Shown here: positions 10,597 through 19,732 of the stretch, one piece after another
Numbering within the stretch: position 1 is the first letter of the stretch
Layout: every line of letters starts with the position of its first letter
DNA from: a virus
DNA length: 64,000 nt
Strand: one strand, 5' to 3'
Virus record (IMG/VR): IMGVR_UViG_3300034284_002638
Coordinates: 1 to 64,000 of that record
Made by a program: the position numbers and the translations under genes
The notes under the pieces: generated by a model
The model's database searches: none
What the model was told of the DNA's origin: nothing
What the model saw: the letters and a program-made list of their open reading frames with translations, nothing else

Positions 10597-10610
10597 AACT
10601 CACCTCTTTT

Positions 10611-12689
10611 TCAGTCGTCTTCCGAAACGTCTCCGCGAGCGAATATGGAACTTATGTATTCCAAGACATCGGTCGCGCTCTGCTCGTTGTAGCCGTACTG
10701 GTCTATGAGCCTCTTCTTTACGGCGTCTATCTTCTCTTGGATATCCTTGTCCACGACGGTGGCTCCCTTGATATTTAGAGCCGACAACTTTATGTGATCC
10801 TTAGTGTCCTCAAAAAGCTTGGCCTCCAAGGCTTTCTTAAGCTGGGGGTTTGAGTCCCATTTGAACTTCTTGCCGCCATGGGCTAGGTGGCCAATAAAGC
10901 CAGCCAGCATCCTTCTGAAATCGTCGGCACCAACTTCAGGTATATCTATCTTCTCTTCTATGGATCGCATCAATCTTTCGTCCGGCTCCTGATCTTGCTC
11001 CGTGAAGGGATTTTTTATCTTCGTGCCGTTGATGTAGGCCATGACATTGTCTATGTAGTTTCCGCAAAGCCTTTCTATGGCATGCTCGTCGCCAACAAGG
11101 GCCTTCTGGACTTCGGCCTTAAGTATCTCGTCCAGTTCCTTCCTGGCTAGGTCTATGCAAGCCACGAATTTGGACTTGTCCTCCTCGTTGTCAAAAAGGG
11201 ACTGATGGTCTACCCCGGCCTTAAGTTCATTGAGAACCATAAAAAAGTTTATATAATCGTAGTGCGAACTCAAGCAGTTGCTAATCTTGTCCTGGGTGTA
11301 ACGACAACTTATTCCCGTCATGCCCTCGTCAGGATATTTGTCCCGCAACTCCTTCACGCTATCCTCCGTCCAGCCGGGAAGGGATCTGCCGTCGTACAAC
11401 TTGGCCTTTTCCACGAGGCTTATCTTCCCGTCCTTGTCTTCTTGAAGTCTAGTAAGAACGGACCACAGAGCGGCTATCTCTAAGGTGTGGGGCGCTATGT
11501 GCTGCTTGATCTTATCCTTGTTGTACTGGTGTTCCAGAATCTTGAGCTCCTCGCTCCACCTGAGCAAATAGGGAACATCTATCTTCACAGTCCTATCCCT
11601 TAAAGCCTCCATGGTCTGGTCGCTCTTTAGCCTCAAGAACTCAGGAGAGTTTGTATGGCCTATGAGAACTGTGTCGACAGCCACTTGCGGGAACTTCTTT
11701 GGCTTGATCTGCTTTTCCTGAGAAGCCCCGAGGAGGTCGTAGAGGAACTCCTTGGCAAGCTTTAAAACCTCTATGAATTCGACAATTCCCCTGCTGCCAA
11801 CACAGAATTCTCCGTCAAAATTGAACGCCCTAGGATCCGAATCTGTGCCAAAGTGCGGCAACTTGCCCCAGTTTATATCACCAGTAAGTTCGGTGCTATC
11901 TTGGTTCTTCTCATCCTTGGGTTGGAAGGTGGCTATGCCACAGCGGTCGGCCTCACTGTGAGTCTTGCGCACGACCCGGATGTGATTTTCCACGACCTTG
12001 CCCCAATCCCCATCATTCCTAAGAAGCAGTTCTTGCATGAACTTCTTAGACCTTGGATCCAACTCCCCGTCAACATTTAACCTGTATAGTGTCTTGCGAT
12101 CCTTCTCAGGGGTGTTTTCTACAAGTATCCTGTTGAGATCAGCAACGACATCCTTTCTCATGTCTGGAGGGAGAAGTTTGAGGGGATCTTCGTGCATGGG
12201 CGACTCGTCCTCGGACTGCGTGTATATGCCGTTTTCCTTATCGGTTGGCAGGTTGACCCACTTGAATGTGTACCACGAGCCCTCGTCGGTGAGCGAGTAC
12301 TTTTCCAAACCCTTTTTTATGCAACGAAGGATTGTGGACTTGGAACTGCCTACGGGGCCGTGCAACAGCAAGACCCTTCGCTCCGGGCCGTAACCGCCGG
12401 CGGCTCCCTTGAAAAACTGAACGAGTTGGTGAAGCGTTTCCGAAAGTCCGAATATTGGCGAATCGGAACTGTCAAAAAAATTGTAGTGTATGTAGGTCTT
12501 CCTGTATCTCTCCACTTTTGAGGTGCCCTTGCTCATGATCATATCATAAAGATACTGATATGCTGTCCTGGCAAGCTTTGGATTAGAATATACCAGATCA
12601 AGATATTCGGAGAACGACATCTCCTCGTTAAGTTTCTTGAACTTTTCTTTATCAAACTTTGAAGAAAGCTTCTTGAGAATTTCGCTCAT
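10611..12689 (-). CDS. prkA: PrkA/YeaG AAA+ serine protein kinase
   Basis: Walker A GPVGSSKS, FQPKDEKNQDSTELTG, SDPRAFNFDGEF, EALRDR; start MSEIL. Confidence 0.92.
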   Translation of the reverse strand: MSEILKKLSSKFDKEKFKKLNEEMSFSEYLDLVYSNPKLARTAYQYLYDMIMSKGTSKVERYRKTYIHYNFFDSSDSPIFGLSETLHQLVQFFKGAAGGYGPERRVLLLHGPVGSSKSTILRCIKKGLEKYSLTDEGSWYTFKWVNLPTDKENGIYTQSEDESPMHEDPLKLLPPDMRKDVVADLNRILVENTPEKDRKTLYRLNVDGELDPRSKKFMQELLLRNDGDWGKVVENHIRVVRKTHSEADRCGIATFQPKDEKNQDSTELTGDINWGKLPHFGTDSDPRAFNFDGEFCVGSRGIVEFIEVLKLAKEFLYDLLGASQEKQIKPKKFPQVAVDTVLIGHTNSPEFLRLKSDQTMEALRDRTVKIDVPYLLRWSEELKILEHQYNKDKIKQHIAPHTLEIAALWSVLTRLQEDKDGKISLVEKAKLYDGRSLPGWTEDSVKELRDKYPDEGMTGISCRYTQDKISNCLSSHYDYINFFMVLNELKAGVDHQSLFDNEEDKSKFVACIDLARKELDEILKAEVQKALVGDEHAIERLCGNYIDNVMAYINGTKIKNPFTEQDQEPDERLMRSIEEKIDIPEVGADDFRRMLAGFIGHLAHGGKKFKWDSNPQLKKALEAKLFEDTKDHIKLSALNIKGATVVDKDIQEKIDAVKKRLIDQYGYNEQSATDVLEYISSIFARGDVSEDD

Positions 12690-12731
12690 CGTAATGCCTT
12701 TCGTGTTTAAATATTCTAGTGTAATCAAACT

Positions 12732-12761
12732 AAAAAAGCACGGCACAAAGGCCGTGCTTTT
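12732..12761 (-). terminator. Intrinsic terminator (possibly bidirectional)
   Basis: AAAAGCACGGC-N6-GCCGTGCTTTT hairpin with T tracts on both strands. Confidence 0.7.
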
Positions 12762-12793
12762 CATTTGAACCTAAAATGGTTAGCACAAACAAC

Positions 12794-13144
12794 TTACTTA
12801 ACTTCTCCGAAATGATTTCCGCTGGATATGTCGTCTATCTTTCGATACGGCTCGGGGCCAACCCTGGATGCCCTTTCGGCGGCCTTCCTCTGGTCGCGCA
12901 CGCCGCCGGGCTTGTCCATGTTATGCTTGAACCTATAATCGTGACCCTTAGACTCGCTGTTCCACCTGTCAGTTCCGACCGGATTGGCAAAACTAACCGA
13001 GGGGCACCCAAATATTTCAAACTTCTTAGAAGAATTGCACTTGGGGCACTTCGCAGATTTGACCGAATCTTCCTTTTCCGCTATCTTTGACCAAACATCA
13101 TAGACTTCATTGCATTTTCCGCACTGCATCTCATATCTCGGCAT
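12794..13144 (-). CDS. FmdB-family zinc-ribbon protein
   Basis: MPRYEMQCGKC...CPKCNS. Confidence 0.75.
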   Translation of the reverse strand: MPRYEMQCGKCNEVYDVWSKIAEKEDSVKSAKCPKCNSSKKFEIFGCPSVSFANPVGTDRWNSESKGHDYRFKHNMDKPGGVRDQRKAAERASRVGPEPYRKIDDISSGNHFGEVK

Positions 13145-13403
13145 CGTTCTGTCCTTCTGTTAGTTTTTTTATCGTCGTGAAAGCCGTTTCAAAAGCTTTT
13201 AACTTGTAAGAAAGGCTTCTCAATCTCCAAAAAAGAGATTTTTCGCATATTTTTATGGCGCAATTAAGGATGTGCTGATCCGGGTTGTCAAACTGGGTCA
13301 TGGATATCAACTCGGCGGCGTCGGGCATCAAGAACTTGGTCTCGTCAAATTCCTCGTCCTCTCCGCTATCCTCATCATCTTCACCGAAATAAAATCTCTT
13401 CAT
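13131..13403 (-). CDS. Hypothetical protein
   Basis: GGAGG RBS, coupled to the upstream stop. Confidence 0.55.
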   Translation of the reverse strand: MKRFYFGEDDEDSGEDEEFDETKFLMPDAAELISMTQFDNPDQHILNCAIKICEKSLFWRLRSLSYKLKAFETAFTTIKKLTEGQNDAEI

Positions 13404-13870
13404 GAGCCTCCAGCGTGTAAATATACATTGTTGCACTGCTCCCACAAATTTAAAACCGCCATCTCGTTGACGGTCAATCTACTTGTGCCGAATCTTTTGA
13501 GAGCCCTATAAAAAGGAATGTCCGATCTATCTATCCATTCTTTTAAAACAAAATTGCCACAACCCTCACTATAGTCAACTAACATGCTTTGGATGCTAGA
13601 TTTAGAAGAGGCAATGTCAAAGTTTCCTTCAAAGTCTCTCACGGCAACCACCGTCGGCCCTATCTTTATCTCGGAGCCCGCTTGCTTGGAGATCTTGACT
13701 CCAAGCCTAGAAGCCCACTGAAAAAGGGGCTTGTCTAGGTTTAATTCTAGAACAACCTCCCAATCCGGCAGTCGCTTTCTGAGGGAGTACCAAGATGCAA
13801 ACGCCATCCACTCTTGGTGCGGAGAGCAATCGCATGATATAGCTATCTTTAAACTTTGATCGGGCATCAA
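13400..13870 (-). CDS. Hypothetical protein
   Basis: 156-aa ORF in the operon. Confidence 0.55.
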   Translation of the reverse strand: MMPDQSLKIAISCDCSPHQEWMAFASWYSLRKRLPDWEVVLELNLDKPLFQWASRLGVKISKQAGSEIKIGPTVVAVRDFEGNFDIASSKSSIQSMLVDYSEGCGNFVLKEWIDRSDIPFYRALKRFGTSRLTVNEMAVLNLWEQCNNVYLHAGGS

Positions 13871-13871
13871 C

Positions 13872-14048
13872 TTAAGAATAGTTTGAAAAGCGCCGAATTT
13901 TAGTCTTGATCTTGAAAGAATGCGGGCTCGTCATCCGGAAGACCCTCCCGTGCTGGGCCATTCCGCCGGTGCCGAGAGCTCCGGTTGCTGTTAACTTTGG
14001 GCCCGAACCTTTGCCACCCTCTGAGACCAGCCATTCCTTGAAGCTCAT
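13872..14048 (-). CDS. Small basic protein (MSFKEWLVSE...), not in the ORF track
   Basis: ATGA overlap with the upstream gene; 58 aa. Confidence 0.5.
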   Translation of the reverse strand: MSFKEWLVSEGGKGSGPKLTATGALGTGGMAQHGRVFRMTSPHSFKIKTKIRRFSNYS

Positions 14049-14317
14049 CTTTTGTTCAGAGCGGTCAGTATGTCGCTTTTTGAGCGCGAAGCGTCCGCAA
14101 TCTCCGTGGGATCCGTGCTGCTCTTCATTTTATTGTCATAAATTTGAGCAACTTGCTTGCTCGCCATCTTTGGGTTCTTTGACTTCATCAAAACAGATCT
14201 GATGTTGTCTACGGTAGTATCTTTCTTTTTTACGGAGGTCTTAATCCCCCCTCCAATCAAGGACTGGATGGGGTTGATCTGATTTTCTCTGATTACGATC
14301 CATTCGCTGAATTTCAT
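14045..14317 (-). CDS. Small hypothetical protein (MKFSEW...)
   Basis: ORF in the operon; phage-type N-terminus. Confidence 0.55.
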   Translation of the reverse strand: MKFSEWIVIRENQINPIQSLIGGGIKTSVKKKDTTVDNIRSVLMKSKNPKMASKQVAQIYDNKMKSSTDPTEIADASRSKSDILTALNKR

Positions 14318-14329
14318 GAAATTATGTAT

Positions 14330-15679
14330 TCACATGGATCTTATTTTGTCCATCATCAAGGTTGTGGAATGACCCGAAACCATTGGAAAAAAGCAGACCT
14401 CGCGTGCAAATTCAGATCCGACGGGATCCGAGTATTCCGAGCCCTTGACGAGGACTTCCGGACATACAAGTTTGACCAGATTATGCGGGGTGTCCTCATC
14501 AAATGAAACGACAAAATCCACGCATTCCAACGATGAAATCATCGCTTTTCTATGCTCCAGACTGTTGACCAAACCGTGAGCCTTTTTCTGCCTCTTGACG
14601 CTATCGTCCGAATTGAGAGCGACCACAAGCTTGTCCGCACGAGATTTGGCAAACTTCAAAAGTTCCATGTGGCCCGGATGAAGAATGTCAAAGCAGCCAT
14701 TAGCAAAAGATAATGAAAAGTCTCTTTTGGAAAAAATTCTGGGGTCTACAAACTTAGAAGAACATATCTGATACGGGTGCAATGGGCTATTGTGATCCCG
14801 TTCAATATACCTAGAACATGCATCAAACGATATTTCTACGGCCTTTCTTATGTCTATAGAATGAGCCATACACATTGAAAGAAACGCTATAAACGCATCG
14901 CCGGCTCCAATAACAGACCTGGGCGTCTTCTTTACAATGGGCCTATATTCAAACCATGAGCCCTGGACATTTCCCACCACCCCATCGCCGGCTTGAGTTA
15001 TGACAACGGCTTGGCAATCCGTCTCTCTCATAAAATATTCACACTGAAGCCTCCAGTCAAAATGGCCGCTCATCTCGGCAGCCTCCTTGGAATTGGGTTT
15101 TATTATGGTACAACCCTTCCACCTATCAATGGGGTGCTTTTTTGGATCAACTATTGTAATGGATCCCTCTCCAATGCTCCTTATAAAATCACTTCTTCCC
15201 TTCAGCAAGCCCTTGTCGTAATCGGAGAAAATCACGACATCAAACGGCTGGGATTCCGACAAATTTTGAAGCAACTTGTCTTGAAAAGATTTCATCAAGT
15301 CCGGCGAGAGATTATAGTTCTCGCCTTCTATGTCCAACCGACACAACGGAAAACCGCCACTGTAGAATCTCTTCTTCGTCGGGATGCCCTTAGAAAATAT
15401 GCAGCCATCCATGTTTATGTCGCCAGCAAAAACCTTCATTGCCTCATTCGTCAAGGCAAAAAGACTCACATCAAAATTAAAATTTGAAAATTGCCTGCAG
15501 ACATTAGCAGCTCCTCCAAGAACAATTTTTGGTATTTCATTTGGAGCCTTCATAACCGGTATGGGGAACTCCGGACTGACCCTGTCCGCAGAGACATCAT
15601 AGTATTCGTCCAGAATGGCGTCGCCGAAAACGGCAACTTTTGGCCTATAATCGTAAAGCCTATCAATCAAAATACTCAA
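14330..15679 (-). CDS. hldE: Bifunctional heptose-7-phosphate kinase / heptose-1-phosphate adenylyltransferase
   Basis: RVSPEFPIPV, GGAANV, SDYDKG, GAGD; NGCFDILHPGH, LNSDDSV, FDEDTP. Confidence 0.9.
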   Translation of the reverse strand: MSILIDRLYDYRPKVAVFGDAILDEYYDVSADRVSPEFPIPVMKAPNEIPKIVLGGAANVCRQFSNFNFDVSLFALTNEAMKVFAGDINMDGCIFSKGIPTKKRFYSGGFPLCRLDIEGENYNLSPDLMKSFQDKLLQNLSESQPFDVVIFSDYDKGLLKGRSDFIRSIGEGSITIVDPKKHPIDRWKGCTIIKPNSKEAAEMSGHFDWRLQCEYFMRETDCQAVVITQAGDGVVGNVQGSWFEYRPIVKKTPRSVIGAGDAFIAFLSMCMAHSIDIRKAVEISFDACSRYIERDHNSPLHPYQICSSKFVDPRIFSKRDFSLSFANGCFDILHPGHMELLKFAKSRADKLVVALNSDDSVKRQKKAHGLVNSLEHRKAMISSLECVDFVVSFDEDTPHNLVKLVCPEVLVKGSEYSDPVGSEFAREVCFFPMVSGHSTTLMMDKIRSM

Positions 15680-16326
15680 AGGCCAAACGCCTCCAGCGTG
15701 AATTTAAAAGGATCCCCAGGAATTTTCTTAACTAGATCGAGCATCATTGATGCTACATCCCTAGTCTCCTTCTGGGCGTCGGGCTTGAGCCTGAGTCTCC
15801 ACAGGTGCATAAAAGCCGCCAGAGATCCCGTCCAAATAAACTGCGTCTCTAAACAGAGGGGCAGTATTACCCTGCATTGCTCCTTCGCCACTCCGGAGGA
15901 CTCCATCTCCTCATAAATATCCTTGCAGACGCCAATTGCTTCCTTGATTTTATTGATAAGATACGAATTCCTTTCGGGATCTATGTCGCCAGAACTTCCT
16001 TGCTTGCTATCCTTGGACTGAAGCCTCAATTGGTCAGGGATCCAGTACTCGTCTGAAAAATCAACATATCTCCCGCTTATGCTGTTCGCCGTGAGTCCCA
16101 CCTGATGCTTAAACAACTGCCTCTCCACAAAGACGGGGCATTGTATCCTAAATTGAAGCTGAGGGTGCCTGAAAGGCGAAGTATGGCCATGCTCCACAAG
16201 AAACTTTATGAGCCTAGAGTCCTTTTCATCCAAGGAGGCTTTGGCCTTTCCATAACTCACCCTGGCCGCATTAACGACCATAAGGTCGTCGCCGAAATGA
16301 CTGAGAAGTTCTGCTTTAATTTTCAT
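15676..16326 (-). CDS. thyX: FAD-dependent thymidylate synthase
   Basis: VNAARVSY, HTSPFRH, RQLFKH...SGRY, KEQCR, AQKETR. Confidence 0.92.
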   Translation of the reverse strand: MKIKAELLSHFGDDLMVVNAARVSYGKAKASLDEKDSRLIKFLVEHGHTSPFRHPQLQFRIQCPVFVERQLFKHQVGLTANSISGRYVDFSDEYWIPDQLRLQSKDSKQGSSGDIDPERNSYLINKIKEAIGVCKDIYEEMESSGVAKEQCRVILPLCLETQFIWTGSLAAFMHLWRLRLKPDAQKETRDVASMMLDLVKKIPGDPFKFTLEAFGL

Positions 16327-17158
16327 TCTCCTTTGAAACTTCAGCCCAAGAAACAAAACTTGGACGGCTTGATTCTAATATCCGCTTGCCTCTTGAGGCG
16401 AGAGCACTTTTGCTTCTCATGGCATGGACTATGGCGGGATCAACGACTCTCCTCGTTCCCGTCATGTACTCTTGAAATTCCCAAGGCGAGCCGTCCGGGA
16501 GCCTGTCGCTCAAAACTCCGGTCCACTCGCTGGCCCATATGTCCTCGTGTCTGGCGTGGAATCTGTCCTCGTAGTTCTTGCTGAACATGTGGGACAGAAC
16601 GGCGACAAAGACTTCCTCCGGAAGGTCGAGACCCCTGTTCTTCTGAAATATCCTGAACCTCTCCGAGGTTTCCATGGCCATGCGAGCAAACGGCTTTTTG
16701 CACATCCAGAAGCCGCCATTCGTACTGTACTTTGTCCTTTGAACGACTCCGAAGTCGCGATACAAGTCCGCCATTAGGGCGTTGGGGAGTCCCCACCAAT
16801 CGGGACGACGGGTTTGGGGCGAGTTCAAAGGAGACTCCAAAAAAGAGTGCCAAGGATCAAGCCCGATTATGTCGCAAAAGTCCTTGGGAGGCTTACGGAC
16901 AAAGTAGTGATCGCTGTCTATGAAAACAAACAAGTCATAGTCAAGCTCACAGACTTTCAAAAGATATTTGAACTTCCAGTACTGCTTAAAGTCCAGGTCT
17001 ATTCCCTTGTCTAGTTCGCACGAAGCTGTACCAAAGATAGGTTCGTCCGAAAAGGTCAGAATATCGTGTTCCAAGCCCGATTCACGAATGGAACTCACAA
17101 GGCTCTGCAACATGAACCTGTATTCGCCCCACGCAACCGACCAAATTAAAGTCTTCAT
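16316..17158 (-). CDS. Putative glycosyltransferase (GT-A)
   Basis: KFKYL, FIDSD, NGGFW. Confidence 0.6.
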   Translation of the reverse strand: MKTLIWSVAWGEYRFMLQSLVSSIRESGLEHDILTFSDEPIFGTASCELDKGIDLDFKQYWKFKYLLKVCELDYDLFVFIDSDHYFVRKPPKDFCDIIGLDPWHSFLESPLNSPQTRRPDWWGLPNALMADLYRDFGVVQRTKYSTNGGFWMCKKPFARMAMETSERFRIFQKNRGLDLPEEVFVAVLSHMFSKNYEDRFHARHEDIWASEWTGVLSDRLPDGSPWEFQEYMTGTRRVVDPAIVHAMRSKSALASRGKRILESSRPSFVSWAEVSKENEN

Positions 17159-17164
17159 AATTTT

Positions 17165-18202
17165 TCAACTCTGTGCGTAATTTAATACAGCGTTCCACTT
17201 CCTTTTTGCAGAGGCGGAATCGCACCATATTTCACGGGAACAAGCACTAGCCAGTCGGCTCATTTTTCGTCTGAATTCATAGTTGGAAAGATCAATCATT
17301 GCCTCCCTAAGTTCATCAAGGTCGTTCCACAAGTATCCCGTTCGCTGATCCCACACCATATTGGGAAAGTTCCACTTGTTGGGCGCAACCACAGGACAGC
17401 CCGTCAGCTGCGCCTCCACAACAGCACGGCTTTGGTTTTCTATAAACTCGCGATTGCAATTATAAAGAAAAACATCAATAGACTTGAGAAAATCAACAGT
17501 TCCAACTTGGTTGGCTCCCAAAAGGCTCCACTTGTCGGAAAAGTCAAACCAATCGTACCTCTTGGCCAGAGGAGAACTCCACCCCATAACCTTGTAAGAA
17601 GCGGGAATTGAAATGGTGGCCGATTCATAAAAGACGGGAAAGTCCTCAGAAAACTTGAGGAAGTCATCGCGGCTTACCTTGCCACAGACAACCGTGGGGC
17701 GACGGGGTCTGTCAAAATAAGGCCAAGTGGAACTGTCAAAGTAGTTGTCCAGGATCGCAACCTTCTGGTCGGGCTTTACAGAAAGTATTGTGGGCGACAC
17801 ATGGTTGAAGTGAAAGGGCGATGTGAACAGGCAGCAGTCAACCTTGCCCTTGACTATGCCGTCCAGCTCTTCGCTGGTCGTCCACATCATGTCGTTTGAC
17901 CAAAGAAATTTAAGATCCAAAGATCTTATGAAATCCAGCCGCTCAGCCTCCTTAAAAAGCCTGAAGTTGCAATTGGCATATGCGAACCCCTTGGGATTTT
18001 TAGGAAGACCTGGGGGCATGCAGTACTTGATGCCCAAAGCGTCCAAGAAATCAGTGTTGTGCTTCTCGTTGAGCCTTCCAGCGTCGTTTGGTATGCAAGT
18101 AATATTGAAATCGTCCTTCAGCAAGACCAACAAGTCTTTCAGTCGCGTATCCGCACCACCTAGATCCGATATCCACTGAAAAACATAAAGATCGGTCTTC
18201 AT
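17165..18202 (-). CDS. GT4 (GT-B) glycosyltransferase
   Basis: GGAD near the N-terminus; E-x7-E motif ENQSRAVVEAQLTGCPVV; TGYL. Confidence 0.8.
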   Translation of the reverse strand: MKTDLYVFQWISDLGGADTRLKDLLVLLKDDFNITCIPNDAGRLNEKHNTDFLDALGIKYCMPPGLPKNPKGFAYANCNFRLFKEAERLDFIRSLDLKFLWSNDMMWTTSEELDGIVKGKVDCCLFTSPFHFNHVSPTILSVKPDQKVAILDNYFDSSTWPYFDRPRRPTVVCGKVSRDDFLKFSEDFPVFYESATISIPASYKVMGWSSPLAKRYDWFDFSDKWSLLGANQVGTVDFLKSIDVFLYNCNREFIENQSRAVVEAQLTGCPVVAPNKWNFPNMVWDQRTGYLWNDLDELREAMIDLSNYEFRRKMSRLASACSREIWCDSASAKRKWNAVLNYAQS

Positions 18203-18541
18203 TCAGTCCCCCTTGACAATTCTTATGGAGTCCTCGGGCGTGTCGGGGGTAGAGAATTCAAACAATTGCGAATCTTCAAGGGCTTCCATCTGGTGGCGTA
18301 GACCGAGAGGCACATGAAATATGTCTCCCGTATTCAGAACGGTTTCAGAAGCGGATTCCAAGTCGTCACAATACCCGTGCCGGACAATGACCTTGCCTAC
18401 GCAATAAAAAGTTTCCACCTTAATTTTGTGATAATGAAAAGAGCACTTTTTCCCCTTATTAAAACACAATATCTTGCCGCAGTACCCATCCGCGTTGTGT
18501 ATGATCTTCTCGTGACCCCAGCCCTTCTCTATCATTTGCAT
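18203..18541 (-). CDS. Cupin (mannose-6-phosphate/lyxose isomerase-like)
   Basis: KGWGHE, YCGKIL, SFHYHKIKVETF, HQM, EFST. Confidence 0.8.
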   Translation of the reverse strand: MQMIEKGWGHEKIIHNADGYCGKILCFNKGKKCSFHYHKIKVETFYCVGKVIVRHGYCDDLESASETVLNTGDIFHVPLGLRHQMEALEDSQLFEFSTPDTPEDSIRIVKGD

Positions 18542-18565
18542 ATCAATATTCCAAAAGATTTCAAC

Positions 18566-18594
18566 ATCATATAAGAAAGTTAATTTCAAGTCAA
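18566..18594 (-). promoter_or_regulatory. Sigma70-like promoter for the leftward operon
   Basis: TTGACT-N17-TATGAT. Confidence 0.65.
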
Positions 18595-18602
18595 CATTAT
18601 AC

Positions 18603-19331
18603 TTGACCGACGATCCGAAACAAAATACAATAGGCCAAGGTGCAAACTTGAAGGATCTTTTCTACAAGCCCGTCAAGATACAGGACAAGGAAGACAATAT
18701 CTTCTTTTGGTCTGATATGCACCTAGGACAAGAGTGCAGAAGTTGGGACGAACCCTTGTACGCCAAAAGAGGATTCTCATCCTTAGAGGAGCACGATTCA
18801 TCTTTGGTCAAGAGATGGAACGAAAAGATTTCTCAAAAAAGCACAATTTTCAACTTGGGGGATATGCTGTTTGGGCACGACGGCGAACGAAGGCTCCTCA
18901 ACTACTTCCAAATTCTAAATTTCAAGACCATGTACCTGCTTTTCGGAAACCACAATGCCGGCATTAAGCAGGTGTTTGATAGATTGGAAGAAAATGAACT
19001 CCAAATAAACTCCGAGAAGAAAGTGGTTTTCTGCCCCAGTTATCTAGAGGCCGTCGTGAATGGAACAATGTGTGTTCTGAGCCACTACGCAATAGCGTCG
19101 TTCAACAAGCAAGGAAAGGGCGCCTTCATGATACACGGGCACTCTCACGGCAACCTGTACGGCTCCGAAATGGGAAAAGTCTTATACAAGGCCAGAGTGG
19201 TTGATGTGGGGGTGGAAAGATACCCGAGCCCGCCTTCGTTCAAGGAAATTAAGGAAAAATTTAAAAACGACCCGGTTAGTTTTGACCACCATGGCTTCAG
19301 CGAGCATTCATGCGAGCGTAGCCGTGGGTAG
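18603..19331 (+). CDS. Calcineurin-like metallophosphoesterase
   Basis: SDMH, LGD, GNHN, HY, HGHSHG, DVGVE. Confidence 0.88.
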   Translation: MTDDPKQNTIGQGANLKDLFYKPVKIQDKEDNIFFWSDMHLGQECRSWDEPLYAKRGFSSLEEHDSSLVKRWNEKISQKSTIFNLGDMLFGHDGERRLLNYFQILNFKTMYLLFGNHNAGIKQVFDRLEENELQINSEKKVVFCPSYLEAVVNGTMCVLSHYAIASFNKQGKGAFMIHGHSHGNLYGSEMGKVLYKARVVDVGVERYPSPPSFKEIKEKFKNDPVSFDHHGFSEHSCERSRG

Positions 19332-19336
19332 TTCAC
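19286..19336 (+). mobile_element. Orphan, degenerate IS200/IS605-type right end
   Basis: Shares GGCTTCAGCGAGC and AGCCGTGGGTAGTTCAC with the tnpB end at 26551-26602. Confidence 0.7.
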
Positions 19337-19399
19337 AACATTTTCGGCAACCACTGGGAGTTTAGTTCTAAAAACAAACCAATTAACGAGGACGACCTT

Positions 19400-19732
19400 A
19401 TGGAAGTGGCAGACACGCTGAAGGCGTTGAAAATGGATCCGGTGGAGAAAAAGCTGCGTGGCATTATTATAGACCACATGTACACGTGCATTGAAGAGGG
19501 GATCGGACTCAAACACTGGATGGATCATCTTGCAAGTATGGACATCTGCGTGCACACCACCCTCCCAGATCTGATAAGATCTTCGATAGGAATGGGCAAA
19601 CAGAAGACATGTCCGTCAGATCCCGACAAAATCACGGTGGAGACAAATTTCGGACAAGTATACATGTCGCATGAGACGGCAGAAAAAATCATGACTCTAG
19701 GCTACATCCCCCTTCCGGAGAAAACAAAATGA
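19400..19732 (+). CDS. LGxP-family paralog 1
   Basis: WMDHLASMD...MSHETAEKIMTLGYIP. Confidence 0.75.
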   Translation: MEVADTLKALKMDPVEKKLRGIIIDHMYTCIEEGIGLKHWMDHLASMDICVHTTLPDLIRSSIGMGKQKTCPSDPDKITVETNFGQVYMSHETAEKIMTLGYIPLPEKTK

